A stretch of 64,000 nt of DNA from Candidatus Bathyarchaeota archaeon (GCA_963697165.1 CAVOMX010000011.1:64001-128000); one strand, 5' to 3'; shown: positions 20,359 to 30,923, counted from the stretch's first letter. Numbers and translations: made by a program. The notes: generated by a model from the sequence alone, not told the origin.

Positions 20359-21144
20359 CTACAACCATCCTAATTTGTTCGCATCAACATCAAAATTACA
20401 GGCTTGCAGTTCCTTAATTAGCTCAAAATACCACCCATTTTTATATTCAATCCAAAGAACTCCGTTGTAATCGTTTGGAATTTCGAAATCTTTCTTTTTT
20501 CTATAAATTGCAATCACGTTTTGTCTTCCAAGTCTTCCTAAAAAATAACCTAATTCAAAAATGACGTTTTGTCTTGCTCTATATTTTGCTTCATCTGAAG
20601 TTTTTTCTTCTGGGTAAGCTAGATCATCGGGGGATAAAAGCACTACCGCAAATGAAACGTGCGCATAATCAGTAATTTTCTCGATTATAGTTCGTCCTCT
20701 ATTTGGTTGTTCATGTAAAAGGATGGGATCAAGATCTAACTTTTGCAGTGTTTGAGCCACATCTAATTTCATTTCGTTGTCATGGCCATGAACTACAAAA
20801 ATCTTGTTTGATCTAACCTGATTGTTCACTTTATTATCTGAAGCAGGTGGAGATAACAAAAGCTTTACTTTTTGTAACAAACTATTGGATGCATTGGTAA
20901 TTTCTCTTAATTTTGCTTGTTCATGTTTAGTAAATCCAGTGGTAAATGATTGGTCACTAAATGGAACGTGTTCAATAAACTTCAATTCTTTAAAAAAGCC
21001 TAGAACTTGTAAATCTTTCAACAACAAATTAAATTTATCTACGTACGTTTCGTAACTATTCCAAAATTCGTTAGAAAAATCTTCCTTTGAACTAGAAGCA
21101 AGTGTTTCTAAATCTACTATTAAAGAACCAAAATCTATCCCCAT
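20359..21144 (-). CDS. TIR-like nucleotide-binding domain protein (Cap12/Pycsar-effector type TIR) with N-terminal helical domain
   Basis: KIFVVHGHD, HEQPNRGRTIIEK, FAVVLLSPDD, RARQNVIFELGYF. Confidence 0.88.
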   Translation of the reverse strand: MGIDFGSLIVDLETLASSSKEDFSNEFWNSYETYVDKFNLLLKDLQVLGFFKELKFIEHVPFSDQSFTTGFTKHEQAKLREITNASNSLLQKVKLLLSPPASDNKVNNQVRSNKIFVVHGHDNEMKLDVAQTLQKLDLDPILLHEQPNRGRTIIEKITDYAHVSFAVVLLSPDDLAYPEEKTSDEAKYRARQNVIFELGYFLGRLGRQNVIAIYRKKKDFEIPNDYNGVLWIEYKNGWYFELIKELQACNFDVDANKLGWL

Positions 21145-21504
21145 TTACCCAACCACTTTTAAAAACTAATTCCTTTACCCCCTATATTACATATTCTTTG
21201 AATAAATTGACATTAACCTTTTCAATAACACAATTCTTGGATTCCACGTATTTCTTTCAAGGTATAGATATTCTCGTTTTTTAGCTTCTTTCTAGTGCCG
21301 TTCTCGGTTTTGATTATTAAATCGTTATGGTTAAAGTTTTGACAGTACTCGATTAGAAAATCATCTATTAAATAACGATAGAGTTCCATGAAGAAACAAA
21401 CAAGATTAGGTTTTCCATACTGTACCGAATGGAGGAAACGAGATGTGATGCTAGTTTTGCTTTGACTAATGCCCTGTGAGTTTTCGATGATGGTATTTCG
21501 TAGG

Positions 21505-22797
21505 CTAGGTTGAAGATGTTGTTTGTTTTTCTTTGTTGTTCTTTGTTTCTAAGTTGTTGATGAAATTTACTAGTTCGCGATTGCTCTTCACGGTTATGGC
21601 GCCTTTGTTTTTGAGTTTCTTTAGGTATTCTGTGGCTTTGCCGTTCGTGAAGTCTCTCTCTTCGATGAACCCCTCTTCAAGCAGGATGGTTGGTATTCCT
21701 TTCTCCAAAGCTGTTTCTGCAGCGTCGAGGTTACGAAGGTTTCCTTCACCAAACTGGGTCGGCGTTACCACAAGAACATCGACTTTACTTATCATCTGCA
21801 GGTTTGCCTTGTGTGCTTCGTCTGTTATCGGAGAAAATGGAGCCTCGTTTGTTGTTGGAACAGACAGCAACTGGGCAGTCTCGTGGTCTGTATCTAACAG
21901 GTTGAGGACTCCAGCAGTTACACGGTAACCCTCATCCACCAGAGTCTTCATCACGGGGCTACCAGTTCCGCCTCCACAAATCAAGTGAACAATAATGTTC
22001 TTCGGTATCAGAATTATGGGTCTTGAGATGGGAATCACATGAAGAGAACCCGTAACAGGATGCTTCTTAACGATAGTGTCAACACCAAAAACTTTTTTGA
22101 CGTTTTCGCTTGTAAGAGTCTCATCCGATTTGCCAACAGCAACAATCTTACCGTCCTTTAAAAGAATAATAGAATCACAGTAGCGGGCAGCCAAGTTAAA
22201 ATCATGAAAAACTGCGACAATCAACAACTTCCGTGTTTCGCACAGATGTTTGATCAGGTCCATTATTTCCAGTTGGTTGCCGATGTCCAAGTGGGTTGTT
22301 GGCTCGTCTAACAAAAGAATGTTGGGTTCCTGAGCTAGGGCACGAGCAATTATCACCCGCTGTATTTCTCCACCGCTGAGTTCGGTTACAGGTCGGTCAG
22401 CAAACTTCCAAGTGCGGGTTATCTCCATGGAATGCTTTGCAATCTCTAGGTCCTTTTTGCTTTCCATCTTGAACCGTGGCATGTGAGGATTTCGACCCAT
22501 AAGAACAACTTCAAGAGCAGTGAAATCGAAAGTTACCGGCGTAGACTGCGGAACCACCGCCAACTGTTTTGCAACATCCACAGTTTTCATGTCGTAAATG
22601 TTCTTTTCGTCTATCAGAATTGTTCCTTTCTTTGGCTTTAGAACTCTGCTTATGCTTTTTAGTAGCGTAGTTTTTCCTGAGCCGTTGGGACCAAGAATGC
22701 CTAAAAACTGTCCGCTTTCAACAGCAAAACCAATATCCTTCAGGACATCAACGGAACCATAAGAACAGTTAACACCATCAATTGTTAATGTCACCAT
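21505..22797 (-). CDS. btuD: Cobalamin/iron-chelate ABC transporter ATPase with archaeal C-terminal extension
   Basis: GPNGSGKT, LSGGE, LLLDEPT, HDFNLA; extension HLICGGGTG. Confidence 0.85.
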   Translation of the reverse strand: MVTLTIDGVNCSYGSVDVLKDIGFAVESGQFLGILGPNGSGKTTLLKSISRVLKPKKGTILIDEKNIYDMKTVDVAKQLAVVPQSTPVTFDFTALEVVLMGRNPHMPRFKMESKKDLEIAKHSMEITRTWKFADRPVTELSGGEIQRVIIARALAQEPNILLLDEPTTHLDIGNQLEIMDLIKHLCETRKLLIVAVFHDFNLAARYCDSIILLKDGKIVAVGKSDETLTSENVKKVFGVDTIVKKHPVTGSLHVIPISRPIILIPKNIIVHLICGGGTGSPVMKTLVDEGYRVTAGVLNLLDTDHETAQLLSVPTTNEAPFSPITDEAHKANLQMISKVDVLVVTPTQFGEGNLRNLDAAETALEKGIPTILLEEGFIEERDFTNGKATEYLKKLKNKGAITVKSNRELVNFINNLETKNNKEKQTTSST

Positions 22798-22811
22798 CTC
22801 TTTTAGTCACC

Positions 22812-23891
22812 TTATACTGAGTATCCTCTCTTTCGTCTGCGAAGTAGATATATGAAAAACGGACCTCCTGAAAGTGCTGTGATAACTCCAACAGGTGCTT
22901 CGCCAGAACCCATTGCTATTCGTGCTATTGCGTCACAGAACATTAGAAAAGAAGCACCAACAACAGCGGAAGTGGGTAGGAGAATTCGATGGTCAGGACC
23001 TACTATAACTCGTGTCAAGTGTGGAATTATCAAACCAACGAAACCAATTAACCCACTAATAGAAACAGCGGCTGCGGTCAGGAGAGCCCCACAGATAAGC
23101 AATATCCTTTTCACTTTTTCTATTTCAACACCTAAATGCTGTGCTTGATCTTCTCCTAAAGCAAGAATATTCAAGTCGCGTGAATAAAGATAAGAAATGA
23201 CAATGCCAATAATTATGAGCGGCAAAATGGACCAAACTTTAGTCCAGTTTTCAGTAGATGATAGGCTTCCAATAAGCCAGAAAGTTAGTCCATGAAGAAC
23301 ACTTTCGCTGGCGATTACTTGCAGAAAAGTGACTATGGCACTTTGGAAGTAAGTTACCGCGATACCTGTTAAAAGCAACATTGTAACTGGAACTCTGGAA
23401 CCGTATTTAGATATGCTGTAAACAATAAGCACAGTAGTTAAAGAACCAACAAAAGCAAAGACTTGAACAGTGTTTACGCCAAAAAGGGATATTCCTATTC
23501 CAAGAACTAAGACAAGCGCTGAACCTAATGACGCACCCGACATAGCTCCAATGACGTAAGGGTCAGCCATTGGATTTCTGAATATTCCTTGATATATTAC
23601 GCCTGCAGTCGCCAAGGCTGCACCAACCAGAGCACCACAGATAACTCGCGGGAGTCTGATTTGCATAATTATTACTTCAGCAGTTTGAGTGATATCTGAA
23701 GGCGCCACCAAATCTCCTAAGAAAGGAACGTTTTTGATCAGTATATTCAAAATGTCGCTAAAAGAAATAGGGGCGTAACCAAGGTTGAGTGATAAAATAA
23801 AAATAATTCCAAACGCAACTATAAGTATGACCAGATATAGCTTCCAGTGAGAAACGTGTCTTAAATGAGATGTTTTAGTGTCTGTTTTCAT
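22812..23891 (-). CDS. btuC: Cobalamin/iron-chelate ABC transporter permease (FecCD/BtuC)
   Basis: IRLPRV, FRNPMADPY, LGEDQAQHLGV, IGFVGLIIPH. Confidence 0.9.
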   Translation of the reverse strand: MKTDTKTSHLRHVSHWKLYLVILIVAFGIIFILSLNLGYAPISFSDILNILIKNVPFLGDLVAPSDITQTAEVIIMQIRLPRVICGALVGAALATAGVIYQGIFRNPMADPYVIGAMSGASLGSALVLVLGIGISLFGVNTVQVFAFVGSLTTVLIVYSISKYGSRVPVTMLLLTGIAVTYFQSAIVTFLQVIASESVLHGLTFWLIGSLSSTENWTKVWSILPLIIIGIVISYLYSRDLNILALGEDQAQHLGVEIEKVKRILLICGALLTAAAVSISGLIGFVGLIIPHLTRVIVGPDHRILLPTSAVVGASFLMFCDAIARIAMGSGEAPVGVITALSGGPFFIYLLRRRKRGYSV

Positions 23892-23937
23892 TTATGTTTC
23901 ACAAGTTATTTTAGGGTATAAAAAAGAGAGAGATATT

Positions 23938-25024
23938 TTAGGGTTGTCCAAAGATTTCTGGATGAACCATCTTTGCAATAGCTTCTAGCGCGTCAACGAG
24001 TCTTGGACCTGTCCTAGAGATTATGTCTGCATTGATTTCGTAGAGTGCATCGTTCTGAACTGCACTTATTGAGTTCCATCCAGGACGGTCTCCCACAGCC
24101 TCTATGGTGTCATAGAAGTTATCTCGCCCCATGTACATGTCTGGGAAAAACATCACGTCAGGATTCTTTTCGATAACTGCCTCAGAACTAATTTGTGGCC
24201 AACTTGTGGTTGCATCGTTGAAGATGTTTTCTCCACCTGCCAAAGTTATCAGTTCGTCAATGAATGTGTTTGGGCCTACGCTCATGAGGGGTTCGTTCCA
24301 AACTTCATGGTATACTGTTGGAGTAGTAGTTGCACCCATTACTTGATTTGCTACGGCATCTATTCTTGCTCTCATGTCTGTAACGACGGCGCTAGCTTCA
24401 GCGTCTTTGTAAGTTGCTCGTCCCACCAAAAGGATATCCTGAAGAATAGCGTCAAGGGTTCTGGCCTTCTATTACTAAGACATTATATCCTAGGTCATTT
24501 AGAGTCGCAGCAGCGTCTAGGCTTCCAGTGCTTGCAAGAACTAGGTCAGGCTCTAATGCCACTATTGGTTCCACTGATGGTCCGTAATAATTTCCGATGC
24601 TGCTCATGTTGCCTGCTTCGACCCATGCTGTGAAATTGTAAGGATAGTCACAGTAGTCCGTAACACCCACAACCATGTCGCCTGCTCCAATAAGAAACAG
24701 TGTTTCAGTGTTGCTTGGTGCTAACGACACTATTCGTTCTGGAGCCGAAGTCAAGGTTACTACGTTACCCATAGCATCAACTAGCGTGACTTGCTGGTAT
24801 TCGGTGATTTGTTCTTGCTGTTCAGCAATAGTTTCTTGGTAGTCGGTGATCTGTCCTTGTATTGTAGTTAGTGTTCCTTGGATGTCACCTAGTGAGTTTT
24901 CTAATGAACTGTTGGAATCTGTCAAGTCATTGATTTGTCCTTGAAAAGTGACGAGTCCATAAGTTGCAACAACTAAGGAAACAACCGCTAAAATCGCTAT
25001 GATATATGTGATAGTTTTGTCCAT
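23938..25024 (-). CDS. btuF: Membrane-anchored cobalamin-binding protein with coiled-coil stalk; single frameshift near 24460
   Basis: N-terminal TM helix; PERIVSLAPSNTE; VGVTDYCDYP; ISRTGPRLVDA; the two ORFs join as VIEG..TLDAILQDILLVG. Confidence 0.85.
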
Positions 25025-25039
25025 TGATTTCTACATCCA

Positions 25040-25062
25040 TTAGGATGGATAATCCATCCTAA
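25040..25062. promoter_or_regulatory. Perfect 11-1-11 palindrome (candidate operator) between the TATA box and start of btuF
   Basis: TTAGGATGGAT-A-ATCCATCCTAA; minus-strand TTTTATATAT at 25067-25076. Confidence 0.6.
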
Positions 25063-25139
25063 CAGCATATATAAAACTTGCGACAAAACCAGACAAAAAA
25101 GGCTACAAACATACAATAAACACGGAAGTCACACAAAAT

Positions 25140-25784
25140 TTACACAATCGACACGTTAAGATAAGCCATATCCTTCCCAACCTTCCTCTTCACAGACGCT
25201 ACCTTGAACGATTTCGAGTATAACGGACACTCAAGAACTAGTGTATGAAATTCGCCGTTTTCACCCAAAGGATCAACTTTTCCAATCTTTGACAGAAACT
25301 CGGCACCCGTCTCTTCACTGATAACGAAACCCAGCCACTCTTCCCCTAAGTCTTTCAAGTTCACACCAGTAATCAATGCCTTGAATCCTGAACCGAAGAT
25401 TTCATCGAAAAGCTCGGATGTGTCTCTCCCGTATATTGGCTCAAGCAGCTCCAAACCAATCTTCTTACAGACAGCTTCAAAAGCCGTCACATGCGCCTCA
25501 ACATCAATATCCCCAGCCACCAAAGCGTCAACATTAAGGCTTTTTAGCGCCTCAACCAAAGCTTCCTCTTTATGACAATCAACAATTGTCAGATGTTTAC
25601 CCATGGATTTTGCTAATATCTTCAGAGATTCCAAGTTCTCCGCATGAGGAGAAGGCCAAGGAAGAGTTGGAAGTAAAGTTATAAGATGATCAACATTGAC
25701 GCCTTGTTTTTCGACAAGTTGCACGGCATATAGTGAATCTTTACCACCAGAAAATAGAGCAGCAGCCTTCATGGAAACAAGCAT
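25140..25784 (-). CDS. DUF71/COG2102 PP-loop ATPase (diphthine-ammonia-ligase-like, B12-associated subgroup)
   Basis: FSGGKDS, AGDI, DPLGENGEFHT; lies within the btu cluster. Confidence 0.85.
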   Translation of the reverse strand: MLVSMKAAALFSGGKDSLYAVQLVEKQGVNVDHLITLLPTLPWPSPHAENLESLKILAKSMGKHLTIVDCHKEEALVEALKSLNVDALVAGDIDVEAHVTAFEAVCKKIGLELLEPIYGRDTSELFDEIFGSGFKALITGVNLKDLGEEWLGFVISEETGAEFLSKIGKVDPLGENGEFHTLVLECPLYSKSFKVASVKRKVGKDMAYLNVSIV

Positions 25785-25822
25785 CCTCTACAAACTCTTC
25801 AAACAAACATTTGAGGAAATAT

Positions 25823-26716
25823 TTAAGAAATTGGGTTAATCATTTTTTCCAGTAGTTCTAAGGCTTCAACGAGTCTAGGTCCGGGTCTGGAAATAAAGTC
25901 TCGTGGAACCTCATAGAGTCTGCCGTCTCTAACAGCAGTTATGTTCTCCCAGCCCAGCCGTTTCTTGACAGCCTCGAAGCTTCCCCAAAATCTGGGAACA
26001 CCTGGAATAACTGGAAACACGATGATGTCAGGGTTCCGCTTTATGATGTCTTCTGGTTGGATTACTGGCCACTCTGAAACTGCGTCTTCAAAAATGTTTG
26101 TTCCGCCAGCCAAGTTGATTAGGTTACCAATCCATGTTTTTGAATTCACGCTGATGTAAGGTCTGTTCCAGACCTCAAAATATACGGTTGGCTTATGAGG
26201 CAATGTCTTCGAGTTTGCTATTACAGCGTTTATCTTATGTTTCAGGGTTTCCACAAGGTCGCTGGCTTGGGCACTGTTTCCAGTTACATTTCCCACCAGC
26301 AGGAGGTCGTCGAGAACATTATCCATACTGTGCGGAGATAAGGTCAAAACGTTTAATCCTAAACTTTTGAGTCTGTTGGCGACTTTTGTTGTCAGTTCAC
26401 ATCTGCGGCTGCAGTTCGTCTTGCAATTGTTTGTCTTCACTGTACACTGGGCTGTGGAAACCAGAATTAGGTCAGGCTTCAAGTCCACAATAGCCTCAAC
26501 TGACGGGTTCCAGTAACCTCCAACCCGCGCTATTTCGTCTGTTTCAATCTTTGCCTCTAGTTCAGCGGGATAGTTGCAGTGGTCTGTTACTCCAACAACT
26601 TTGTCGCCAGCACCAACAGCAAACAGCATCTCCGTGTTGCTGGGAGAAAGAGACACTATCCTTTCTGGATGAACCGTTAGATCCGTCACATAACTATAAT
26701 CATCTGCCATCTGCAA
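25823..26716 (-). CDS. BtuF-fold cobalamin-binding protein without signal/anchor, with a Cys-rich insertion
   Basis: PERIVSLSPSNTE, VGVTDHCNYP, ISRPGPRLVEA; GGGAG RBS before TTG; insert AQCTVKTNNCKTNCSRRC. Confidence 0.85.
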   Translation of the reverse strand: MQMADDYSYVTDLTVHPERIVSLSPSNTEMLFAVGAGDKVVGVTDHCNYPAELEAKIETDEIARVGGYWNPSVEAIVDLKPDLILVSTAQCTVKTNNCKTNCSRRCELTTKVANRLKSLGLNVLTLSPHSMDNVLDDLLLVGNVTGNSAQASDLVETLKHKINAVIANSKTLPHKPTVYFEVWNRPYISVNSKTWIGNLINLAGGTNIFEDAVSEWPVIQPEDIIKRNPDIIVFPVIPGVPRFWGSFEAVKKRLGWENITAVRDGRLYEVPRDFISRPGPRLVEALELLEKMINPIS

Positions 26717-26822
26717 TGTCGCTCCCGAGTCCTGAGTTCCTAGAATCTAGAATCAGCCGGTGACTTTAGAACCTTTTTCTTAAACCAACACAGAAACATG
26801 TTTGCTCTTCTGAACTGCAGGT

Positions 26823-28646
26823 CTATTTTACAGTGACAGATTTGGCTAAGTTTCGGGGCATATCAGGGTCATTGCCGCGCTCAAGTGCCATGTAGTATGC
26901 GAGGAGCTGAAGCGGAACAACAAAAGGTATCGGAGACAAAACTTCAGGCAATCCCGTGTCTATCTCTATGTAATCGTCAGCCAACGCTTTTATCTCCTCA
27001 TCACCCTTCTCAACCACTACGATTACGGAGGCGCCGCGGGCCTTCATCTCCATAATGTTGCTGATTATAGTTCTATGCGTGCCATCCTTTGGGCATACGA
27101 AAATTACAGGAAATCCGGGTTCAATCAGGCTGATGGGACCATGCTTGCTTTCTCCGGCAGGATAAGCTATAGACGGAATGTAAGAAATCTCCATGAGCTT
27201 CAGTCTACCCTCAAGGGCTACAGCCGAGCTGATTCCCCTTCCCAAAAAGAAGAAAACTTGCTTACCCCGATATTTCTTGGCTAATTGTTTCACCTTTTCT
27301 TCTTGACTGGCAACAGCGCGTTCAACAATTTCTGGTATTTGATCAAGCTTCTTCTCAATTTCCTCGATTTCCACATGAGAAATTTTTCCCCGCTTCTTGG
27401 CAAGCCTTATGGCAAGCTGTGAGAGCACCGAAAGCTGAGACGTGAAAGTTTTCGTTGCTGCAACTCCGATCTCTGGACCCGACTGCTGACAGATGTACAC
27501 TCTGGCGATACGTGTCAGGGTGGAGCCGATATTGTTTGTGAGTCCCAGGACTGTGGCTGCGCGTAGCCTAGCGCTTTCAACTGCGTCTAGGGTGTCGGCG
27601 GTTTCTCCGGATTGGCTGACGACCAGAAGGGTGCTGTCGATGTTCACTGATTTTCCATGTTGTTCAACAAACTCTGAGGCTATAACAGGATGGGTTGCCA
27701 AAAAGGACAGCTTGGAGAACAAGTATGACGCTGCAAGGCAGGCATGATATGAGGTTCCACATGCCACCAAAAATACTTCTCCTGCCCGATCAAGAAAGGT
27801 GGTCATCAACTCCAAGTATTTGTCCTGCAGCCTGAGGGTGTTTCTTAAACTTAAAGGCTGCTCGTGAATCTCCTTTAGCATAAAGTAGGGATAGCCCTGC
27901 TTCTCAGCCATCTCGGGAGCCCAGTCTATAGTCTCAGGTTCCCTATTGACCTGTTTCCAATCAGCGATACTGCGGATTTCGTACTCCCTATCGCTTAAAA
28001 TAACAAGTTCTCCGTCTTCAACGATAACAGACTTGTTTGTTTTCGGAAGAAAGGCTGGAATGTCAGATGCGACATACATGCTGTCCGCGGCTACTCCAAG
28101 AACAAGAGGACTCTCTTTACGGGCACAAACGATCTTGTCAGGCTCGTTAACATAGATCACGGCGATTGCGTAAGAGCCGTCTAATCGCTTCACAGTCTCG
28201 CGAACTGCATCAACAAAAAACAAACCAGTCTTCAGTTTTTCTTCGATAAGGTGCCCGATGACTTCGGTGTCGGTTTTGGATTTGAAAGTATGTCCAAGGT
28301 CTTCAAGTTCAGCTTTGAGTTCGGCAAAATTTTCGATGATTCCGTTATGAACGACTGCGATTTGGTTTTTGCAATCTGTGTGTGGATGGGAGTTCTCTTT
28401 GTAAGGTGCGCCGTGTGTTGCCCATCGTGTATGACCTATCCCCAATCGTCCAGGAAGAGCGTCGAGGTTGTGTAATTCATGAACCTCGTCAATTTTTCCG
28501 CTATCCTTTTTTATAAAAAGCCGACCATCGCTAATGGTTGCGATTCCCACCGAGTCGTAGCCTCGATACTCTAGCTTTTTTAAGCCGCAATGAATTGTCG
28601 ATGCAGCCTCACCTGTTCGTAGGATGGATCCAAATATTCCACACAT
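26823..28646 (-). CDS. glmS: Glutamine--fructose-6-phosphate transaminase
   Basis: MCGIFG, EYRGYDS, GHTRWATHG, SQSGET, PRNLAKSVTV. Confidence 0.98.
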   Translation of the reverse strand: MCGIFGSILRTGEAASTIHCGLKKLEYRGYDSVGIATISDGRLFIKKDSGKIDEVHELHNLDALPGRLGIGHTRWATHGAPYKENSHPHTDCKNQIAVVHNGIIENFAELKAELEDLGHTFKSKTDTEVIGHLIEEKLKTGLFFVDAVRETVKRLDGSYAIAVIYVNEPDKIVCARKESPLVLGVAADSMYVASDIPAFLPKTNKSVIVEDGELVILSDREYEIRSIADWKQVNREPETIDWAPEMAEKQGYPYFMLKEIHEQPLSLRNTLRLQDKYLELMTTFLDRAGEVFLVACGTSYHACLAASYLFSKLSFLATHPVIASEFVEQHGKSVNIDSTLLVVSQSGETADTLDAVESARLRAATVLGLTNNIGSTLTRIARVYICQQSGPEIGVAATKTFTSQLSVLSQLAIRLAKKRGKISHVEIEEIEKKLDQIPEIVERAVASQEEKVKQLAKKYRGKQVFFFLGRGISSAVALEGRLKLMEISYIPSIAYPAGESKHGPISLIEPGFPVIFVCPKDGTHRTIISNIMEMKARGASVIVVVEKGDEEIKALADDYIEIDTGLPEVLSPIPFVVPLQLLAYYMALERGNDPDMPRNLAKSVTVK

Positions 28647-28927
28647 TATTCATTCCTCATTTTTTTGTAGATTTTACAGTTACTGACTATAATGTAATCG
28701 GGTTGTGCAGACTTTAGTTAAACTGAAAGAGCGGCTATAAACATTTTTAGGAATCGTGTTTTAGAATTATAATGAAAATTGTAGGGGTTCTCACTAAAAG
28801 GTTAAGTACATTACAGGTACAGTTTTTCGGTTATAACGGTACATCTCATTCCACAAGACTTCAAGCTTTACACGAACTACCATAAGAAATATGAATCCAG
28901 AAGCACAACAAAAAGAGGGATAGCACT

Positions 28928-29266
28928 ATGGTTCTTTCAGACTTCCTTTACCCCGGAGAAACGATAGTATTCCAGAGCGGCAAGATTGAAAGTCTTAACG
29001 ACAACTTCTCATTCTACATAACCAATCAACGAATACTGCTCTATAGACGACGCGGAGTTTTGTTCAAGAAAGACAGAATCATTGCAGAGAGAATCGAGGA
29101 CATCAGATCAATGCAATATGTAGAAAGGGGTATATTACGAAAGAGGGGCATTTTGTGCATTGACACTTTTAGTAAGAAGATGGAGCCAATAGTGGGCAAA
29201 GTAGGGGACATTAAAGCCATATGGCAAGAGATGCAAAAATACATCAGACAAGACATGCCGATTTAG
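28928..29266 (+). CDS. Small PH-like domain protein
   Basis: L.PGETI...YITNQRILLY...G pattern typical of prokaryotic PH domains. Confidence 0.65.
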   Translation: MVLSDFLYPGETIVFQSGKIESLNDNFSFYITNQRILLYRRRGVLFKKDRIIAERIEDIRSMQYVERGILRKRGILCIDTFSKKMEPIVGKVGDIKAIWQEMQKYIRQDMPI

Positions 29267-29318
29267 TGGAACTGAAAGGCTTGACTCTAGGCTAGGTGCA
29301 TCAAATAATGGATAGACA

Positions 29319-29639
29319 TTATTCTCTTCTGAGTCCAAAAATTAAACCGACTATTAGGCTGACTATGAAGGGGATGTGTGCCAATAGTGGAGTAATCAGG
29401 GTTAGCGCTGGATTAATGGCGTTAACTATGTTTGATGCCATTTCGGATAATCCACCGTAATCTACGTTGATCACGTTTGTGTAAGCCAAAATGATCAGAG
29501 AAAAGACAACAATCCCAAGGATTAAAGCGATCTTAAGGAATTTTTTCATGGCGTAACCTATTAGAAATCCTCCGATTCCACCTATGCACAACTGAAAAAC
29601 GATGGGAAGCAGTGATTCATTAAGTGTTAGTGTCGTCAT
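29319..29639 (-). CDS. FUN14-family membrane protein
   Basis: QLCIGGIGGFLIGYAMKK...VINVDY. Confidence 0.85.
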   Translation of the reverse strand: MTTLTLNESLLPIVFQLCIGGIGGFLIGYAMKKFLKIALILGIVVFSLIILAYTNVINVDYGGLSEMASNIVNAINPALTLITPLLAHIPFIVSLIVGLIFGLRRE

Positions 29640-29891
29640 TCCATTTTTCTCTACACATTAGGCATCTAATAAAAGTAACCGTTAACTGAATCGATTAAAG
29701 TTGTTCAGGCAGTAAGCATTTGAGTTATAACATATATTATGTCTTATTAATGCATACATGAAAACAAAAAAACAGGTCATTTTTGGCTTGTTCAATGCCA
29801 TAATTTAAGTAAAAACCGATGTTCCTATGCAGCACTACAGCAATCAACCATTAAAAAAATATTTATAACACACTCAGCCATAAACTCAATC

Positions 29892-30851
29892 ATGAAGAAA
29901 AAGCTGCTCCTCAGCAATGAAGGAAGACAACTAAAAGCAAAAGACATAGCCGTTTTCGAAGACCCCGAGAGACTCAAATCAGTACTGAACAAACTCAGCT
30001 GGAAGATACTTCAAATCCTAAGCGAAACAGAAATGTACCCCATGGAAATCGCAAGAAAACTAAACGTTCACGAACAGAAAATCTATTATCACATCAGAAA
30101 ACTGATAAAAGCGGGAGCAATAAAGGTCGTTAGAGAAGAAGAAAAGAAGGGAGCAGTCGCAAAATACTACAAAGCCACTTTTCCAGCAATGGGAGTAGAA
30201 TTGCCTTTTGGTTACCAAACAATCAACAGGTTACCAATCACCAGCATAAACGAAAAAATGAAGCAGTTCCTAAGCCCCATCATCAAAGACGACACGTTTG
30301 ACGGAAAACTTGTTGTAGGAAGCCCTGACCAGCATGGCCCCTTCAAGGCAAAAGCCAGAGATGGACACTACGCCGCATACCTAACACTCTTTTTGGGACA
30401 ATTCGTGAATTTACCGGAAGACTTTGCAATAAAACTAGATGTTGACGTGAAAGCAGAGAAGGACGAAAATAACAACCTAATTCTGGTGGGCGGACCCGGA
30501 ACCAACCTTATCACCCAAGAATTCAACGAGTATTTGCCCATACGCTTTAACATGATGCCCTCTGAACATGGCTTCCTTTTGGGAGGACTGGTCTCAGAAA
30601 AAACCCAGAAGATCTACACCGCCGATGGCATGGGAGTAATAGCGAGAATACCTAACCCATGGAACAAAGAAAAAACAGTAATTGTTCTTGCTGGCAACAA
30701 GGCAGTTGGAACAAAAGCCTGTGTATTGGCTCTCACAAAATTCGGGGATAAGACGCTGAAGAATTTTAGCGGAGAAAAATTTGCTGTTGTTATTCAGGGA
30801 TTCGACCTTGAAGGCGATGGAAAGGTTGACTCCATAGAAGTCCTCGAATAA
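29892..30851 (+). CDS. ArsR-type HTH regulator fused to an S-layer-like alpha/beta domain
   Basis: YPMEIARKL...QKIYYHIRKL HTH; VVGSPD.HG, NLILVGGPGTNLI. Confidence 0.75.
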   Translation: MKKKLLLSNEGRQLKAKDIAVFEDPERLKSVLNKLSWKILQILSETEMYPMEIARKLNVHEQKIYYHIRKLIKAGAIKVVREEEKKGAVAKYYKATFPAMGVELPFGYQTINRLPITSINEKMKQFLSPIIKDDTFDGKLVVGSPDQHGPFKAKARDGHYAAYLTLFLGQFVNLPEDFAIKLDVDVKAEKDENNNLILVGGPGTNLITQEFNEYLPIRFNMMPSEHGFLLGGLVSEKTQKIYTADGMGVIARIPNPWNKEKTVIVLAGNKAVGTKACVLALTKFGDKTLKNFSGEKFAVVIQGFDLEGDGKVDSIEVLE

Positions 30852-30923
30852 CCTAAGCGTTACCGAACACAGCGTAGTTCATATACTAAAGGAATATCTG
30901 AAGGCTGCAGTATTTTTTGTAGC

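Noticed and set aside
21505..22000. C-terminal extension of BtuD as novel
   Set aside because: Similar extensions are already known in archaeal BtuD-type ATPases.
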